DNA of 64,000 nucleotides from Selaginella moellendorffii (taxonomy: Eukaryota > Plantae > Lycopodiophyta), in the NCBI RefSeq assembly GCF_000143415.4, contig NW_003314275.1, positions 2,027,419 through 2,091,418 on the forward strand. Direction: 5' to 3'. The position numbers were made by a program, and so were the translations under genes. Under the pieces are notes generated by a model. The model saw only the letters and a list, made by a program, of their open reading frames with translations. It did no database searches and was not told the origin of the DNA. Each line of letters begins with the position of its first letter. The stretch's first letter is position 1. Positions 1-12,550 of the stretch are shown here, in pieces.

Positions 1-328
1 TCGTCGCCTGCTGAGAATGCACCTCCTTCCCCCTCGATCGACAGGCGCTAGGGCTTTTCCCGGCGCAACGGCAAACTTCTCCTCCCATGAAGAACTCAAA
101 CCATCATCGACAGTCCCTCTTCTTCGTTCTCGAGACAGGCTCGGTCCCGGACCAAGAGCGTACGGAGCCACTTTCTAGGTCTGGTAGATTTACTAGAACG
201 TACGGCTCGTCTGCCGAACCTGCTAAGCGCCGCCCGTTGGCCGCTTTTAAATTTATGCCGCTATTTCGTCACGGGAATATTCGCCGAGAGAAAGTGGGAG
301 ATGCTCGTGAATTAAAAATCTCTTCATC

Positions 329-1894
329 TCACGAGAGTTCATTATAGATTCTCTGGCACTTCGCTGAGAGGATTTTCACCGCTTCTGTGAAGAGAACCTC
401 GGGTGGAAGAGCTCCAGTCGATTCAACAGTGACTGGAGGAGCAGCAAAAACTTTGGCATCAGATCAAGCAGAAAAAAACGATCGCGTGACCAAAAACTTA
501 CAGATGAAATGATCTTTCACACGCCTGAGCTGAACTCGCTTCTCCCAATCGTCTCCTCGTATACACTCCCTACACAGCGTGCAGCTCCTCGGTGCCGCTA
601 CTCTGGCTCGTTTTCCTGGCAAGAAGAACATCAGCTAGAGACTAGAGACGAGCTTATAAAACAACACAAATACCTCCCATGATGTCCTCTATGTCAAACA
701 CTTTCATGGGACATTTCTGGACCAGCTCTTCCGCAAGTTCGTCTTCGATCTCTTCTAGCAAGACAACCTGTTAAAACACTTGTTAGAAAATTATGGTCGT
801 GATCATGTAAGCAAGTAGCTGTATACCTCCGGAAGCATCCTGTACGCGGCTGTAGCAACGGGCGACCACTTCGCGTGCGTTTTCCCGATTCCTTTGACGG
901 CGTGAGCTTCCAATTCAATAGCCTACGAAAGCATTGTCATCCAAAACTGAGAATAAAAAACACGCACGAAGCAAGAATACTTTACCTGACCTGGTCTAAG
1001 CTTTGCCAATAAAATGTCCTTGTACCTTGGAGCGATATCGTTTTGAATCGTATCCTGCCGGCAGCTAAACGATGTGTAAGTTTTGTTTGAGTCGTCAGTC
1101 ATAGAATATAAGCTTCCTCCAGGAAGCCATTTGAGCTGGTCAGACTTTACTGCAACCGGAAATTAATCAATCACAGCGAGAGGAGATACGAAAGTAAAAA
1201 AAAACCTGAAGCATTGATCATGCGATCTCCCTGTCGCGTGCACTTCACTTCTAAGGAGAAAACAATAGTATTCTTCTCGGTCGCTACATCTTCGTCTGGA
1301 AAAATACTTTGCGTTACGAAGAAGAAAAGAGAAGCAAAAACGTACTAGTTTTCTCGTTGAAAAGTCTTGGATCGGCCTTGATGGGAACCAAACCCAGGCG
1401 ATGAGCGAAGACCTCGTCTTGAATCACCGACGTGTTATCTTTGATGAGAACTTTCTCAATAGCCATGGTTGGAACCTACAAAAGAAGGAGAGAAAAAAAA
1501 AACAGTTCCACAGACTGTGCTCGAGAAAATATTAGAAGAGAGTATTTCTCTTACCTCCGCGATCAAAATCCTCCGAAAGGCATTCGCAAGCGCGGCATCG
1601 ATTCCAATCATATCAAACTCGAGATCGTCCTCCGTCAGAGACTTGATCTCCACATGGAAGTTCCGCCGGAAATCGCCGAGCCGGAGGCTGTTGTCATAGT
1701 TGATCGAAGAATACGCCCCAGAGTACTGGACAGTCTCTGTCTATCGGTGGATCGATCGATCAATGCAAGAAAAATGGCTAAGCAAATCTGCCTAGAGAGA
1801 AGCAGCGACTTACATACGAAGGCGCATCCGAAGCGCAGATGACGCGAGTGCGCTGGAGCTCCAAATGCGCGGGCAGCCCTCCGCCTTCCCCCAT
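329..1894 (-). CDS. RPAC1: DNA-directed RNA polymerases I and III subunit AC40 (RPAC1/RPC40), multi-exon, apparently intact
   Basis: Spliced translation [20 protein letters not shown]..., [57 protein letters not shown], ...[33 protein letters not shown]. These match known AC40/RPB3-family motifs. ATG at 1894, stop at 329-331, GT-AG introns. Confidence 0.93.
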
Positions 1895-1898
1895 TTGT

Positions 1899-1911
1899 GG
1901 GGTTTAGGGTT
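1899..1911 (-). promoter_or_regulatory. Telo-box-like motif (AACCCTAAACCC) directly upstream of the AC40 ATG
   Basis: GGGGTTTAGGGTT on the + strand. The same motif is copied at about 2978-2990 and 13821-13833. Telo-boxes are known in plant ribosome-biogenesis and transcription-machinery genes. Confidence 0.5.
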
Positions 1912-1949
1912 CTTCACAATACTCTGTTTTCTAGGGTTCTTGGGAAGCA

Positions 1950-2330
1950 AGGAGAAATGTCAGTGGCAGATCTTGCAGGATGCTCCATGCGAACAAGTCG
2001 GCATGGCAAGGGATGATTTGCGAGCAGCAAGAAGAAGAGATTGCGCGCTGCTTGATGCGCTGCCATGAATGGCTGGAAGGGTCCAAGGCTTCGGCAAGCA
2101 GCAGTGGGAAAGAAAGTACCAGCCACTGTGGCTCAAAGGAGGGGGTCACTCCAACTTGGAGCTCTATCCAGAGTATATCAAACACTTGCGCAAGTTTATC
2201 ATGTCGCTTGAGAAAACCGGTGGAAGGAACCGAAAGTCGGAATCCGAAATCGAAGTATCCAAAAGAACGCTTCTCATACCTTGTCGATATCAAACCAGTA
2301 TGTTCTCTTGACGGGATACATAACACGCAA
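1950..2330. pseudogene. Mosaic remnant: phytol kinase 5' fragment (+) fused to ABHD17-like exon fragments (-)
   Basis: 1980-2070 resembles 3108-3220. 2100-2330 encodes [26 protein letters not shown] on + (inverted relative to the intact gene) and YWFDIYK on -. Confidence 0.75.
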
Positions 2331-2990
2331 GGATTTTTACCGCTTCTGTGAGGAGTGGAAGAGCTCCAGTTGAATCAACAGTGACTAGAGCAGCAAAACT
2401 TTTCGCATCAGATCGAGCCAGAAAAGAAAAACAAAACGCCAAAGACATACAGACCTTAGATCTTAGACCTTACAGACCTTCGAATGTAAACTTCCTCCAA
2501 GGAGCCATTTGAGCTGGTCAGAGTTTACTGGAATCGAAAAATTAGTCCGAGAGAAGATACGGAACCTGCATGCGATCTCCCTGTCGCTTGCATTTCACTT
2601 CGAAGGACAAAACAATAGTATTCTTCTCAGTCGCTACCGGAAAAGTCCTCTTTGGCCTTGTCGGGAACCAAACCGAGTCGATGAGCGCAGAGCTCGTCTT
2701 GAATCACCGACGTGTTCTCTTTGCAACTAAGAAGAAAAAAATTAGTCCTTCAGACACTGCTCCACACAGAAAAAAAAAAAGAAAGAAAGAAAGTCCGCGA
2801 TCAAAATCTTCCGAAAAGCATTGGCAAGAGCGGCATCGATTCCAATCATATAGATCGCCCTCCGTCAGATATTTGATCTCCACACGGAAGTTCCGCCGGA
2901 AAGCGGCGACCCGGAGGCTGTTGTCATAGTTGATCGAAGATCGCTGAGAAATCTAACCCAAATTTCCCCAATTTTGTGGGGTTTAGGGTT
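2331..2990 (-). pseudogene. Degenerate, internally deleted AC40/RPAC1 copy
   Basis: Collinear pieces matching 370-480, 1110-1160, 1200-1290, 1360-1445 and 1560-1710, with deletions and frameshifts. Confidence 0.85.
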
Positions 2991-3026
2991 CTTCTCTGTT
3001 CTGAATGGCGCGGTAGGCGAGCAGAA

Positions 3027-4307
3027 ATGCCGGCGTCGCTTCATCCCCCATCGGCCGATTTCCAGTTTCAAATGCAGGCGTGCCATCGATCCGGCGCGCT
3101 ATGCATGCTCCATGCGAACAAATCGGCATGGAGAGTTTCTTTCCGCAAAGAATGGGGCAGGGGACGATCTACAAGCAGCACGAAGAAGAGATTGCGCGTT
3201 GCTCGGTGCGCCGCCATGAGCGCTATCCAAGAATTCCAGCAGGATTTCGGGGTGGTGGGAGCGGTGGTGGCTGGAGCTTATCTCTGGGTCCAAGGCTTCG
3301 AGCTACTCACTAGATTCAATGTCCTAGACCAGGTAAAGAACAAGACGTCGTTCTCTTCTCGTCCTTCCTTTCTTTCATCTATTTGTTTGCTTCCTCCTCC
3401 TGTGTTCTAATTGCCTCTTTCTTTCAGCGCAGAAGCTTTCTCGCAAGCTCGTCCATATGACAACGGGTCCACTCTTCATGCTTTCGTGGCCCCTCTTCAG
3501 GTATCAACGAAAGAAAATCCTTTTCTTTCTCGAGAGCGCATCAAAGTTTTTCGGTTCTTGAGTCTCAAACCGGTTTGTTTACAGCTCTTCGTCGGCGTCC
3601 CGCTACATTTGTTCGCTAGTTCCACTGGCCAACGCTGTGCGTCTTCTAATCCTCGGCCTCGGTTTGAGAACAAACGAAGGGGTGGTGAAGTCGATGAGTA
3701 GAGATGGCGATGCCAAGTGAGTGGAGTATCATTTAAACAACACCAGAAGTTTTTCTTCTCTTGCTCATCGTTACTTGTTCTGCTTTTATAGAGAGCTTTT
3801 ACGAGGTCCTTTATACTATGTAGCGGTGCTCTTCATAAGCACAGTGTGCTTCTGGCGTGACTCTCCCGTTGGAATGATAGCTCTGTCTGTGATGTGTGGC
3901 GGTGACGGTAAGTAAATCCATCCAAAAGCTTTCTTAGCCTGATTCTCGCGCTACAGGGATTGCTGACATAATAGGCAGGAAGTTCGGGCGTGAAAAGCTT
4001 CCATACAATGAGAAAAAAAGCTGGGCCGGAAGCACAGCAATGTTCGTCTGTGGAACAGCGCTCTCTTTCGCGTAAGTGTTTTTCGAAACGAAAGCTTGGC
4101 CTTTAGTGACTCTTCCATCGTTTCAGGTCGATCTATTACTTCACGTATCTGGGCTTTTATGCCTTGGATCCGCTCGATACTCTAGCTCGTGTCACATTCA
4201 TCTCGCTAGCAGCAACACTTGTGGAATCGCTGCCAATCACGTCGTCTTTGGATGACAATCTCATGGTCCCAACGACGGTCATGCTGCTCGGCTCGATCTT
4301 ATTCTGA
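3027..4307 (+). CDS. VTE5: Phytol kinase (VTE5-like, CTP-dependent isoprenoid kinase) with plastid transit peptide, 6 exons
   Basis: Spliced motifs KLSRKLVHMTTGPLFMLSWPLFS, SMSRDGDAKELLRGPLYY, FWRDSPVG..MCGGDGIADIIGRKFG.EKLPYNEKKSWAGS, ATLVESLPITSSLDDNL. ATG at 3027, TGA at 4305-4307. FOLK is an alternative ortholog call. Confidence 0.88.
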
Positions 4308-4928
4308 AGTAAGACTCCACTTTCTCACATTTTATTTTAAGCAACGGTTAAAGCGAAATTTTGATGTTAAGCTTCCATGCAACTAGGCCACTCCTGGCCG
4401 TCAAGTCCACTGTCGGACCACTACGAAAGTGAAAACAAGTAAATGATAGCTGCGACCGTGCATGTCATGGGGCCCAGGAACACCAGAAAGTTATTAGCCA
4501 TCTTCATGCTGTCCCTGTTTCTTCAACCTACAAACCTTCAGCTGAAAGAAATATCAAGGACGGTATGGTCATTAATGGGACCACAGACTTTGATGAAAAA
4601 TACATTCATGAAAAGCCTTGATTCATGGAGGTCAATTGCATATGACCGGGTTTGCTTTTGTGATCTTGACTTGGTCCCAACTAGTTACGCTGCTCGTTTC
4701 CATCTCTTGACGAAATAAACAAGCCCTTCAAAAACATACCAAATGGACTTGCTGAAAATGCGACAAACGGAAATCAAAAGGATAAGCTGATTTCTTCGGG
4801 TGGCGCAAAATCTATGAGAATCACAAACATAAAAGGAAAATACACTCTCTTGTCCACACATGATGTGCAGTCTGCCATTACGTATTTAGACAATTGTCTT
4901 AGCATGAGACTATGGGTTAATGGATGAT

Positions 4929-5765
4929 TTAGTGTTTTTCTTTCTTTTCTATTGTAATTAAGAAGTGAAAAGTATCAATCAAACCACAATATGTAAAAGC
5001 CAATAAGAAAAGCACTATAGAATAGCTCCAGAGAAACTTTTTCAAAGACAAATTCTTCAGTTTATTACTAGCAGAACCACTTTTTTGTAAATGCACAGAG
5101 GTCACAGTGCAACATACCAGCTTGCCGTCACTGTTGGCTGAGAGCGTGGCCATTTCCACGGCCTCTCCGTTGCTATACCTGCAACTCAGCTTGCCTCCCT
5201 CCAAAGAGCAGCTGGCTTTGGGATCCGAGGTACATGTCTTAACATCCAGGGAAGTATTGTCATTCTGTGTACTGTCCAATTTCTTGCAGGAAGCCACCAG
5301 CACGCCAGTGGCCTGGTCATAAGAAGTAGGAGTGCAACTATCAAGAAATTTATTGCAGGTGCCGGAGCCATCGTTTGTGTTGCAACACACCATGCTTCCA
5401 TCATTGTTGCCTGCATAATTCTCCATATCAACGGGGAGGGAGTTGTCATTGGTACAAGAGAAGATTGGAGATTTCCTTGATCCCTGTCCCTGGAGTTCGC
5501 AATTGGCCACTCCACCACACTCGTCTGTGCTCAAACTTGAATTGTGTGTAGAGCCATTGACCATTTTGCATGTTGCTTTCAGGACGTTGTTTCTATAAGA
5601 GAGGGGTGTACAACTTTTCAAAAAGCCTCCGCATGATGAATCACAACTCTACAAGAACCCAAATCAAATTTCCTGGCCGCAGAAGAATTTTCTTTGGTGT
5701 GAGCTTACCACGAGTAGAAATGTGTTGATTACAAACACCAACGACGTGCACACAAGCTTTGGCAT
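4929..5765 (-). CDS. CVNH (cyanovirin-N homolog)-like secreted Cys-rich protein, copy 1, with hydrophobic C-terminal tail
   Basis: Exon 1 at 5709-5765 (signal peptide MPKLVCTSLVFVINTFLLV) and exon 2 at 4929-5648. Two repeats of F-x2-S-C...L-x-A-[ST]-C...SL...N-x-D-G-x-[LM]-V-CC. Confidence 0.8.
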
Positions 5766-5934
5766 TGTGCTTAAGGTGATTTCTAATGTTCATTAGAAAA
5801 AATTGTGATGTCTTTGGGCTTTGTTAAATCCGGAATGCACACTAAAGGACGAAATACCATGTCTTATTTCTTGCCACCACAAGTTCTTTTGTTGACAATT
5901 GTGCATTATTTTATTCTTTTTTTTTAGAAAAACA

Positions 5935-6185
5935 AAAGGTGAAGAACAATGCCTCGAACTTTCGGGAGCCTGGTTGCCAGGTCCACTGTCGGGTCACTTC
6001 GCATGAACTTTTCATAGAGCACCACATCCTCTTGTCTCGCGCCATAAGCACTGATAGGCAGCTTCCACGTCCGCGTACGTGTTTGCTTCACTCGGCTGGA
6101 AAAAGACGGACAGTCCAAAGTGAAAAACTTAACCAGAGCTCATGGCCAAGTACAAGAACAATGAAAAACTGCAAAGTTCCTGTAG
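5935..6185 (-). pseudogene. ABHD17-like exon 3 fragment
   Basis: [17 protein letters not shown]...EDVVLY...DPTVDLATRLPKVRG; frameshifted and the nucleophile motif is destroyed. Confidence 0.8.
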
Positions 6186-6409
6186 AGCATAAAAGAAAAT
6201 ATATTTCCACAGCCACCAGCTTTCCTAAGTTCCATCTCTCGGAGCGTATGTCCAAAGTGATGGAAAGACAAGGTGCTTCTAGTCTGCCAGCTGTGATCTT
6301 CGTGTAACTTTGCAAATATTTATGTAAAAAGCCAAGAATAGCTCTAGAGATCAACAAGCTTTTCCAAAGACCTTCATTGTACTGAATGTTTTTATTATCT
6401 TCCTTCTGC

Positions 6410-7073
6410 TTAAACTGGTGCTGGTGCAGAACTGCAACATGCCACATTGCCATCATTGTTGGCTGCCAGAGTGACCATTTTCACGGCCTCTCCGCTGCTA
6501 TAGTTGCAACTCAGCTTGGCTCCCTGCAAAGAGCAGCTGGTATTGGGATCTGAGGTACACGTCCTAACATCCAGGGAAGCATTGTGATTCCATGTAGTGT
6601 CCACTTTCTCGCAGGAAGCCCGCAGCATCCCGGTGGTCGGGTCGTAAGAAGTAGGAGTGCAACTGTTGAGAAATCCACCGCAGGTGCCAGACTGATTACT
6701 TTTCCTGCAACACACCATGTTGCCGTCGTTGTTGCCCGCATATTCCTCCATATTGACGCCGAGGGAGTTGTTACTGGTACAAGAGAAGGTTGGAGCTGAT
6801 TGGCTTGATCCAGGGCGCTGGAGCCTGCAATTGGCCACTCCACCGCACTCGTCTGTGCTCAAACTTGACTCGTGCTTAGAGCCATTGACCATTTGGCAAC
6901 TTGCTTTCAGCACATTTTTCTTATAAGAGATGGGTGTACAGGTTTTCAAAAAGCCTCCACAAACTCTACAAGAAGCCAAATCAAGTTCTTTGGTCGCAGA
7001 AGAATTGTGAGCTTACCACGAGCAGGAATGTGTTGATTACAAGCATCAACAAGGCACACACAAGCTTATGCAT
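6410..7073 (-). pseudogene. CVNH-like copy 2, probably inactivated by an 11-bp deletion at the start of exon 2
   Basis: Exon 1 at 7017-7073 is intact. TGATGAATCAC, present in the paralogs, is missing at about 6961, which shifts the frame after the conserved acceptor. The downstream frame ends CCSSAPAPV. Confidence 0.72.
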
Positions 7074-7309
7074 TGTGAAATTGCTTTAAGATGGTCTATT
7101 CTCACGTTAGTTTTAAGTGATATCTTTGATCTTTGTTAGATCCGGAATGCACTTAAGGACGAAATACTAAAACTCTTTATTAGTTCACACGTGTTTTGAC
7201 AATGCATACCAATGTGCATTTTGTGACATTTTATGAAGAGCGAGTGGTGTAAATTAAACATGGATATGAACGAGAATAAGAACTTGGCCAGAAAACACAA
7301 CAATGCTCA

Positions 7310-7620
7310 TCTCTGGAATAGCTCTTGAAACACCAAAAGCTTGGTCTTTAGTGATACTTCCACGTTTCACTGTTGCTTCACACGTCTGGGATTATATCTG
7401 GCTCACGAGACCATCAAAACAGCTTATTATAATCCGTTGGTCTCATGCTTCTTCTTCTTGGTGGGCACCACAAGACCGCTAATGAATGAATGAATGAATA
7501 TCCCCAGGATTTGCTATATCCTTCAAAGGTCGTCTCAGATTCATCTGGCTACCATCAACAATCTGGAACCTTTGCCAATCACGTTGTCTTTGGATGATTT
7601 ATCTTCGTCTCGATGTAAAG
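7310..7620 (+). pseudogene. Decayed phytol kinase 3' fragments
   Basis: AAAGCTTGGTCTTTAGTGA and GCCAATCACGTTGTCTTTGGATGA match 4090-4255. Similar remnants occur at about 12050-12160, 13430-13480, 34800-35150, 45190-45300 and 46610-46920. Confidence 0.6.
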
Positions 7621-7741
7621 AGCTTCGTGGCTCTTCTTATAACAAGATATAAAATTTCTTTGAAGTGTACAGGATAAAAAGCTCTTGTAATAACAGGTCG
7701 TCTACCTGTTTCATAAAAATACAAGCGTTTTTTCTGTCTCG

Positions 7742-8790
7742 TTAGTAAGACCGGGTCCTTTGGATCCCTCCCCCGTTCCTTGGGCCACCGGATTTCTCAA
7801 GAGATATGATAAACTTGCGCAAGTGCCTGATATACTCTGGATAGAGCTCCAAGTTGCAGTGACCCCTCCTTTGAGCCACAGTGGCTCGTACTTTTCCTTG
7901 CAAAGATCCCACAGCTGCTTGCCGTGTGAGCAATCCACAACTTCGTCGCTGGTACCCTGTGAAAATGAAGATCAGATTCCTCACCTAGAACTAGAACCAA
8001 GTGGGGAAAAGAAGAAAGAATAAAGAAGAAACTTTATCACTTACGTGGATGACGAGCACGGGACAATTCACGCGTCTTATCTTTTCAATGTTCTGCAAGG
8101 AACCGAAGGTAGGAAAATCAAATCAAAGAACTCTCTTTTCATACCTTGTAGATATCAAACCAGTATGTTCTCTTGACGGGGTACATAACACGCAAGCCGG
8201 AGAGGATTGGACTGTGAAGAACAACGCCTCGAACTTTCGGGAGCCTAGGTCCACTGTCGGGCCACTTCCCACGGACTGTCCATAGAGCACCACATCCTTT
8301 TGTCTCACGCCATAGTCTCGCTCCAAGCACTGATAGGCAGCTTCCACGTCCGCGTACGTGTTTGCTTCACTCGGCTGGAAAAAGATGGACAGTCCAAAGT
8401 GAAAACCTTGACCAGAGTTCATGGCCAAGTACAAGAACAATGAAAAACTGCAAAGTTCCTGTAGCTAAAAGAGACAGTATAAAAGAAAATATGTTCTTTC
8501 TATCTACACAGAAAATGCCAGGCAAATAGTTATAAGAGGAAGTCAATGATAGAAACTTGGGAAAAAACCGATACAACAAAGACAATAATCAATGAAATAA
8601 TGGAAGAACAGCGAAAGAACGGCAGTGAGAAAGAACTCGAAAGAACTCCAACGAAACAAAGAGAAGGAAAAAAAAACAAAAAATCTCCAAGGACAGATCA
8701 GTGGAAGAGAGGAATTCCCATCCAAAAATCGCGATTTGTGGCTTACCCCATGACGTTCACCTGGAGATGGACGCTGAGCTCCACCAGACG
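7742..8790 (-). pseudogene. ABHD17-like hydrolase copy, 5'-truncated by retroelement sequence and frameshifted
   Basis: Near-identical to 47050-48200, but lacks exon 2 and most of exon 1 and has small deletions in exons 3 and 5. Confidence 0.88.
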
Positions 8791-11700
8791 ATGACAGAGA
8801 CAAATGGGTTGCAGCCTTTGATGAGGAGTATAACTCCTTTCTCAAGAACAACACCGTCTCCTTGGTGGAAAGAGCTCCGGCCGGGCGTAAACTAATTAAA
8901 TCCATGAGGATTCCTAACCCACACCACCATTTCTCGCTACAAGGCTCGCTTGGTGGCGAAAGGCTACTCTCAAGCATGTGGAAGATGTCCTGCAATGATT
9001 CGCCATGGACTCTTGTGCGCCTGCACCCATGCCAATGGTTGTTGTAGAAGGATATGACTCCTTCTACAGACTCGGATAGGAGGAAAATGGCGAACGTTCC
9101 TTACCGAAGTGCCATGGGAAGCTTGATGTACCTGGTGGTGTGCACGCGACCAGACATTGCCTTCTTAGTGAGCATGGTAAGCAGGTTTCTCGACAATCCA
9201 GGCCTTGCACATTGGCAGTAAAAAGAATTTTTTCGTTACTTACGAGCTACCACTTCTTTTGGCTTACTTTACACGCCAAAAGTCACAAGCTTACAGGGCT
9301 ACTGTGATACAGACTGGGCTGGCTGCCCAGATTCACGAAGATCACACACAAGCTATTTTTTTTAGCTTGCAACACGCAGCTCTTTCTTGGAGCAACAAGA
9401 AACAGAGTGTTGTGGCCTGCTCTAGCTGAGAAGCTGAGTATATGGCCGCTAGCGCTGCTTGCAAGAAGGCCATTTGGCTTCGCCGTCTTCTAACAGACAT
9501 GGAACACTCTCTTCCATCCTTAGAACTCCAAAATGACAGCAAACATGCGTGTACAGAAAGTCAACAGTCGTTTGCTGATCAGAAACCGGAGAAGAAACTG
9601 CTTCAGCCCATTTAATAATGGTATTTATAGCCATGAAAATGTAGGTGTCCCTACATTTTTATGGCTATAAACAGCATTATTAAATGGGCTGAAGCAGAGA
9701 ACAAAGTCCTGAGCAGTCCAAACTCCACTGCATAAACGGTCCTTCTGGGTGAATCGGATGTAGCAGGTGTTTATCATGTAGACGAACAGTCTGAAATTGT
9801 TGACATGGTTGGGAGTGTTAAACATACTGAGCACTGTCACGGTAGAGTGTGGGCCAAAAGTACCCCACGCATAATATATTCTTGCTGGTGTTCATTGCTC
9901 ATGTGTTGCAACTAAGAGCTGTGAAGCTTCAATAACGGAGGAGTGTGCCATCTCCATGTCAGCAATACAGAGTGCCATCAGCGAGAATGAACTGACTGAG
10001 AGAACGGCATTCATGCCGAGACTGTTGTGTTTGACCATTGAATGAATTTTTATTCATGAGATTTTTAGTCAAAAAACAACACGTCTGTTGGCACTGTTGG
10101 TCTAGTCCTAGTTGGCACTGGTGTCTGTCCAGTACGTTGTACGGCTTGCCACGGTAACACTCTCGCAGATGCCAAGTGCAGCCTGAAACTGAGAAAATTT
10201 TGGAGGAGAGTGCCTTGGTCAGAACGTCAGCAATCATGTCCTGAGTAAGACAATACACAAGCTCGACGATTCCATTTTCATACTGGTCTCGAAGAAAATG
10301 GTGTACTGTGTCCATGTGCTTCGTTTTTGAATTGATCTTCCGATTCTTGCTTAAGGCAATGCAGTGCTGATTGCCACAATAGATCGCTGTTGAACCTCCT
10401 ACTTTCTAATCAAGGATCACACTTCTTAGGCGCTATTGTTGTTGAGCTGACAATAAAGCTTGGAATTTCTCATCTGACGTCAAGCTCCTACTGGCAAAGG
10501 AATGGCCAGACCGAGGTCACGAACAAGTCACTTAAGTCAATTCTCCAGAAGGTTGTTCAGGAGTGCATAGCCAACTCTATTACCACATGCTTTGTGGATA
10601 ACAAAGAAGCTCCTTACAGGTTTTACACCATTTTGATTGGTGTATGGTTTGGAAGCGGTTCTTCCCTCACAACTTTGTTTACCTTCCTACTGGATCGCCT
10701 AGGAAGTGAGGAAGTGGATCCCACTAGAACTGTTGGGACATCATAGGATATTCACACCAACTGCACAGATCAATTGATACAGCTGGATGAGGGATTGAGA
10801 TATTAAGGCCGTTCGTATTCAGATTCAGCAATATTGCACTGCTCTCATGCTTGTGAAGCAGCGAGGTGAAAGCTTCCTCCCAGGTGATGTCGTTTGGCGC
10901 CTGGATGCTTCTACACACCATAAAGCAAAGTTTCAACCTCCGTGGATTGGCCCTTATCAAGTCCTTGGGAGCGCAGGGACAAACTCCTACTAGCTTGCAG
11001 AGCTTCGGGTTCAAAACTGCCGAATCAGACAATGGTAATCATCTCAAGAGGTATTTTCTCTATGTTAGTTCCTTCTAATTTCAATTCCTATTGCTATTTC
11101 ATTGTTCATCTAACCTTTAACGCTTGAGTTTTGCAATTTAGAGGCCTGATACTATACCGGGAGGATAGAGTTTCACTCCTGTGGGGTGCCGGATTACAGG
11201 AATGTCCATTATGATTCTCTTACGAGATAAGTTTCTTTCCTTTAAGCAGGGCTATTCATTCAGTGTCATGAGATAGAATTTCTTTGATCAAATTGCTATG
11301 CATTCTTGTTGCTTTCAGCCTGCCTCATATGGCTCTTGTTTATATGTATCTTTGTGTTTCCTTGACGTCTTTGATACTTGTTTTGGCTGCCTTACCGACG
11401 TTGAAAGAAGGCCAAGCCGCTTGGTCCAAGAGAAGGGGTTGGTTCAAGCTGACAGTTGGCTGCCTTGTTCAGTCCTTTCGGCCAGACAACTTATCCTTTT
11501 TGACAGGCTATTACCTGTGTCTGGATGTCTTGGGACTTTTCCATCTTTCTGTGTTTTTGTGAATTTGTTTTCTATTCATCTTTGCCTTGGAGCTTCGCCT
11601 TGAAATCTGTCTCAGAACATTCTTTGTCAGCCTCTTTTGGTTGAGAAGTCTTCCGGTTTCTCCTTTCCAGCATATTTATTTTTTGCAAGGGACGCATTTT

Positions 11701-11860
11701 TCCCAGTGAGAGTCGCCAAACTGGTAGAACTAGGGTAGAAAAGACACTCTAAACCGGTTTTGAACCCGAAGCTCTGCAAGCTAGAAGGAGTTTGTCCCTG
11801 CGCTCCCAAGGACTTGATAAGGGCCAATCCACGGAGGTTGAAACTTTGCTTTATGGCATC
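8790..11860 (+). mobile_element. Degenerate retroelement composite: Ty1/copia RT-RNaseH remnant plus gypsy-type integrase remnant, with an internal inversion
   Basis: Copia-type motifs KWVAAFDEEYNSFLKNNT, VPYRSAMGSLMYLVVCTRPDIAF, KKQSVVACSS and DMIADVLTKAL (inverted). Integrase-like motifs KWAEAV and NGQTEVTNKSLKSILQK. Confidence 0.78.
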
Positions 11861-12160
11861 TGGAATGCACACTAAAGGACGAAATACTGTGTCTTAGTTT
11901 GTAACATGAAGATGTGATAACCAATGTATTTTATTTGATGTGCATTATTGTTCTCTTTTTTCCTAATCATACCAAAAAAAATTATGAAATTCTTGCCCTA
12001 TGTGTAAATCTGAGGTACAACATTGTTATAACTCTTTTTTCTTGAAAGTCTAGCGTTCCAGGTCAATCTATTACTTCACCTATATAGAAGGAATTACCTT
12101 ATCTCTTAGCAGCAACACTTTGGAATCACTGCCAATCACGTCTTTGATCCAACCATGCTT

Positions 12161-12530
12161 GGCTCTATCTAAATTGAGATGCCATAAAATCCAAATGGGA
12201 ATTAAAAACGTTTACAAGCTTTCTCGAGCTTCTGCTCTCAGAGCATATGTCCAAAGTGATGAAAAGACAAGGTGCTTCTAGTCTGCCATCTGTCTCATAG
12301 AAGTATGAAATGTGTAAATTTGCAAATTTTATGTAAAAGCCAAGAATAGCTCTAGAGATCAAAGACCTTTATTGTATGGCTCTATCTAAATTGAGACGCC
12401 ATAAAATCCAAATGGGAATTAAAACGTTTACAAGCTTTCTCAAGCTCCTGCTCTAGGAGCGTATGTCCAAAGTCTCGAGACCAACAAGCTTTTCCAAAGA
12501 CCTTTATTGTACTGAATGTCTTTATTATCT
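12161..12530. repeat. Local tandem duplication (about 220-bp period) in the CVNH 3' flank
   Basis: GCTCTATCTAAATTGAGA.GCCATAAAATCCAAATGGGAATTAAAA at 12162 and 12379. The same duplication occurs at 45306/45557. Confidence 0.8.
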
Positions 12531-12550
12531 TCCTTCTGCATAAACTGGTA

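Noticed and set aside
1-347. 86-aa + ORF and a possible minus-strand gene start at the window edge
   Set aside because: Too little sequence and no motifs.
11284-11603. Hydrophobic ORFs duplicated at 44522-44794
   Set aside because: T-rich retroelement 3'/LTR-like sequence; frames are not conserved between the copies.
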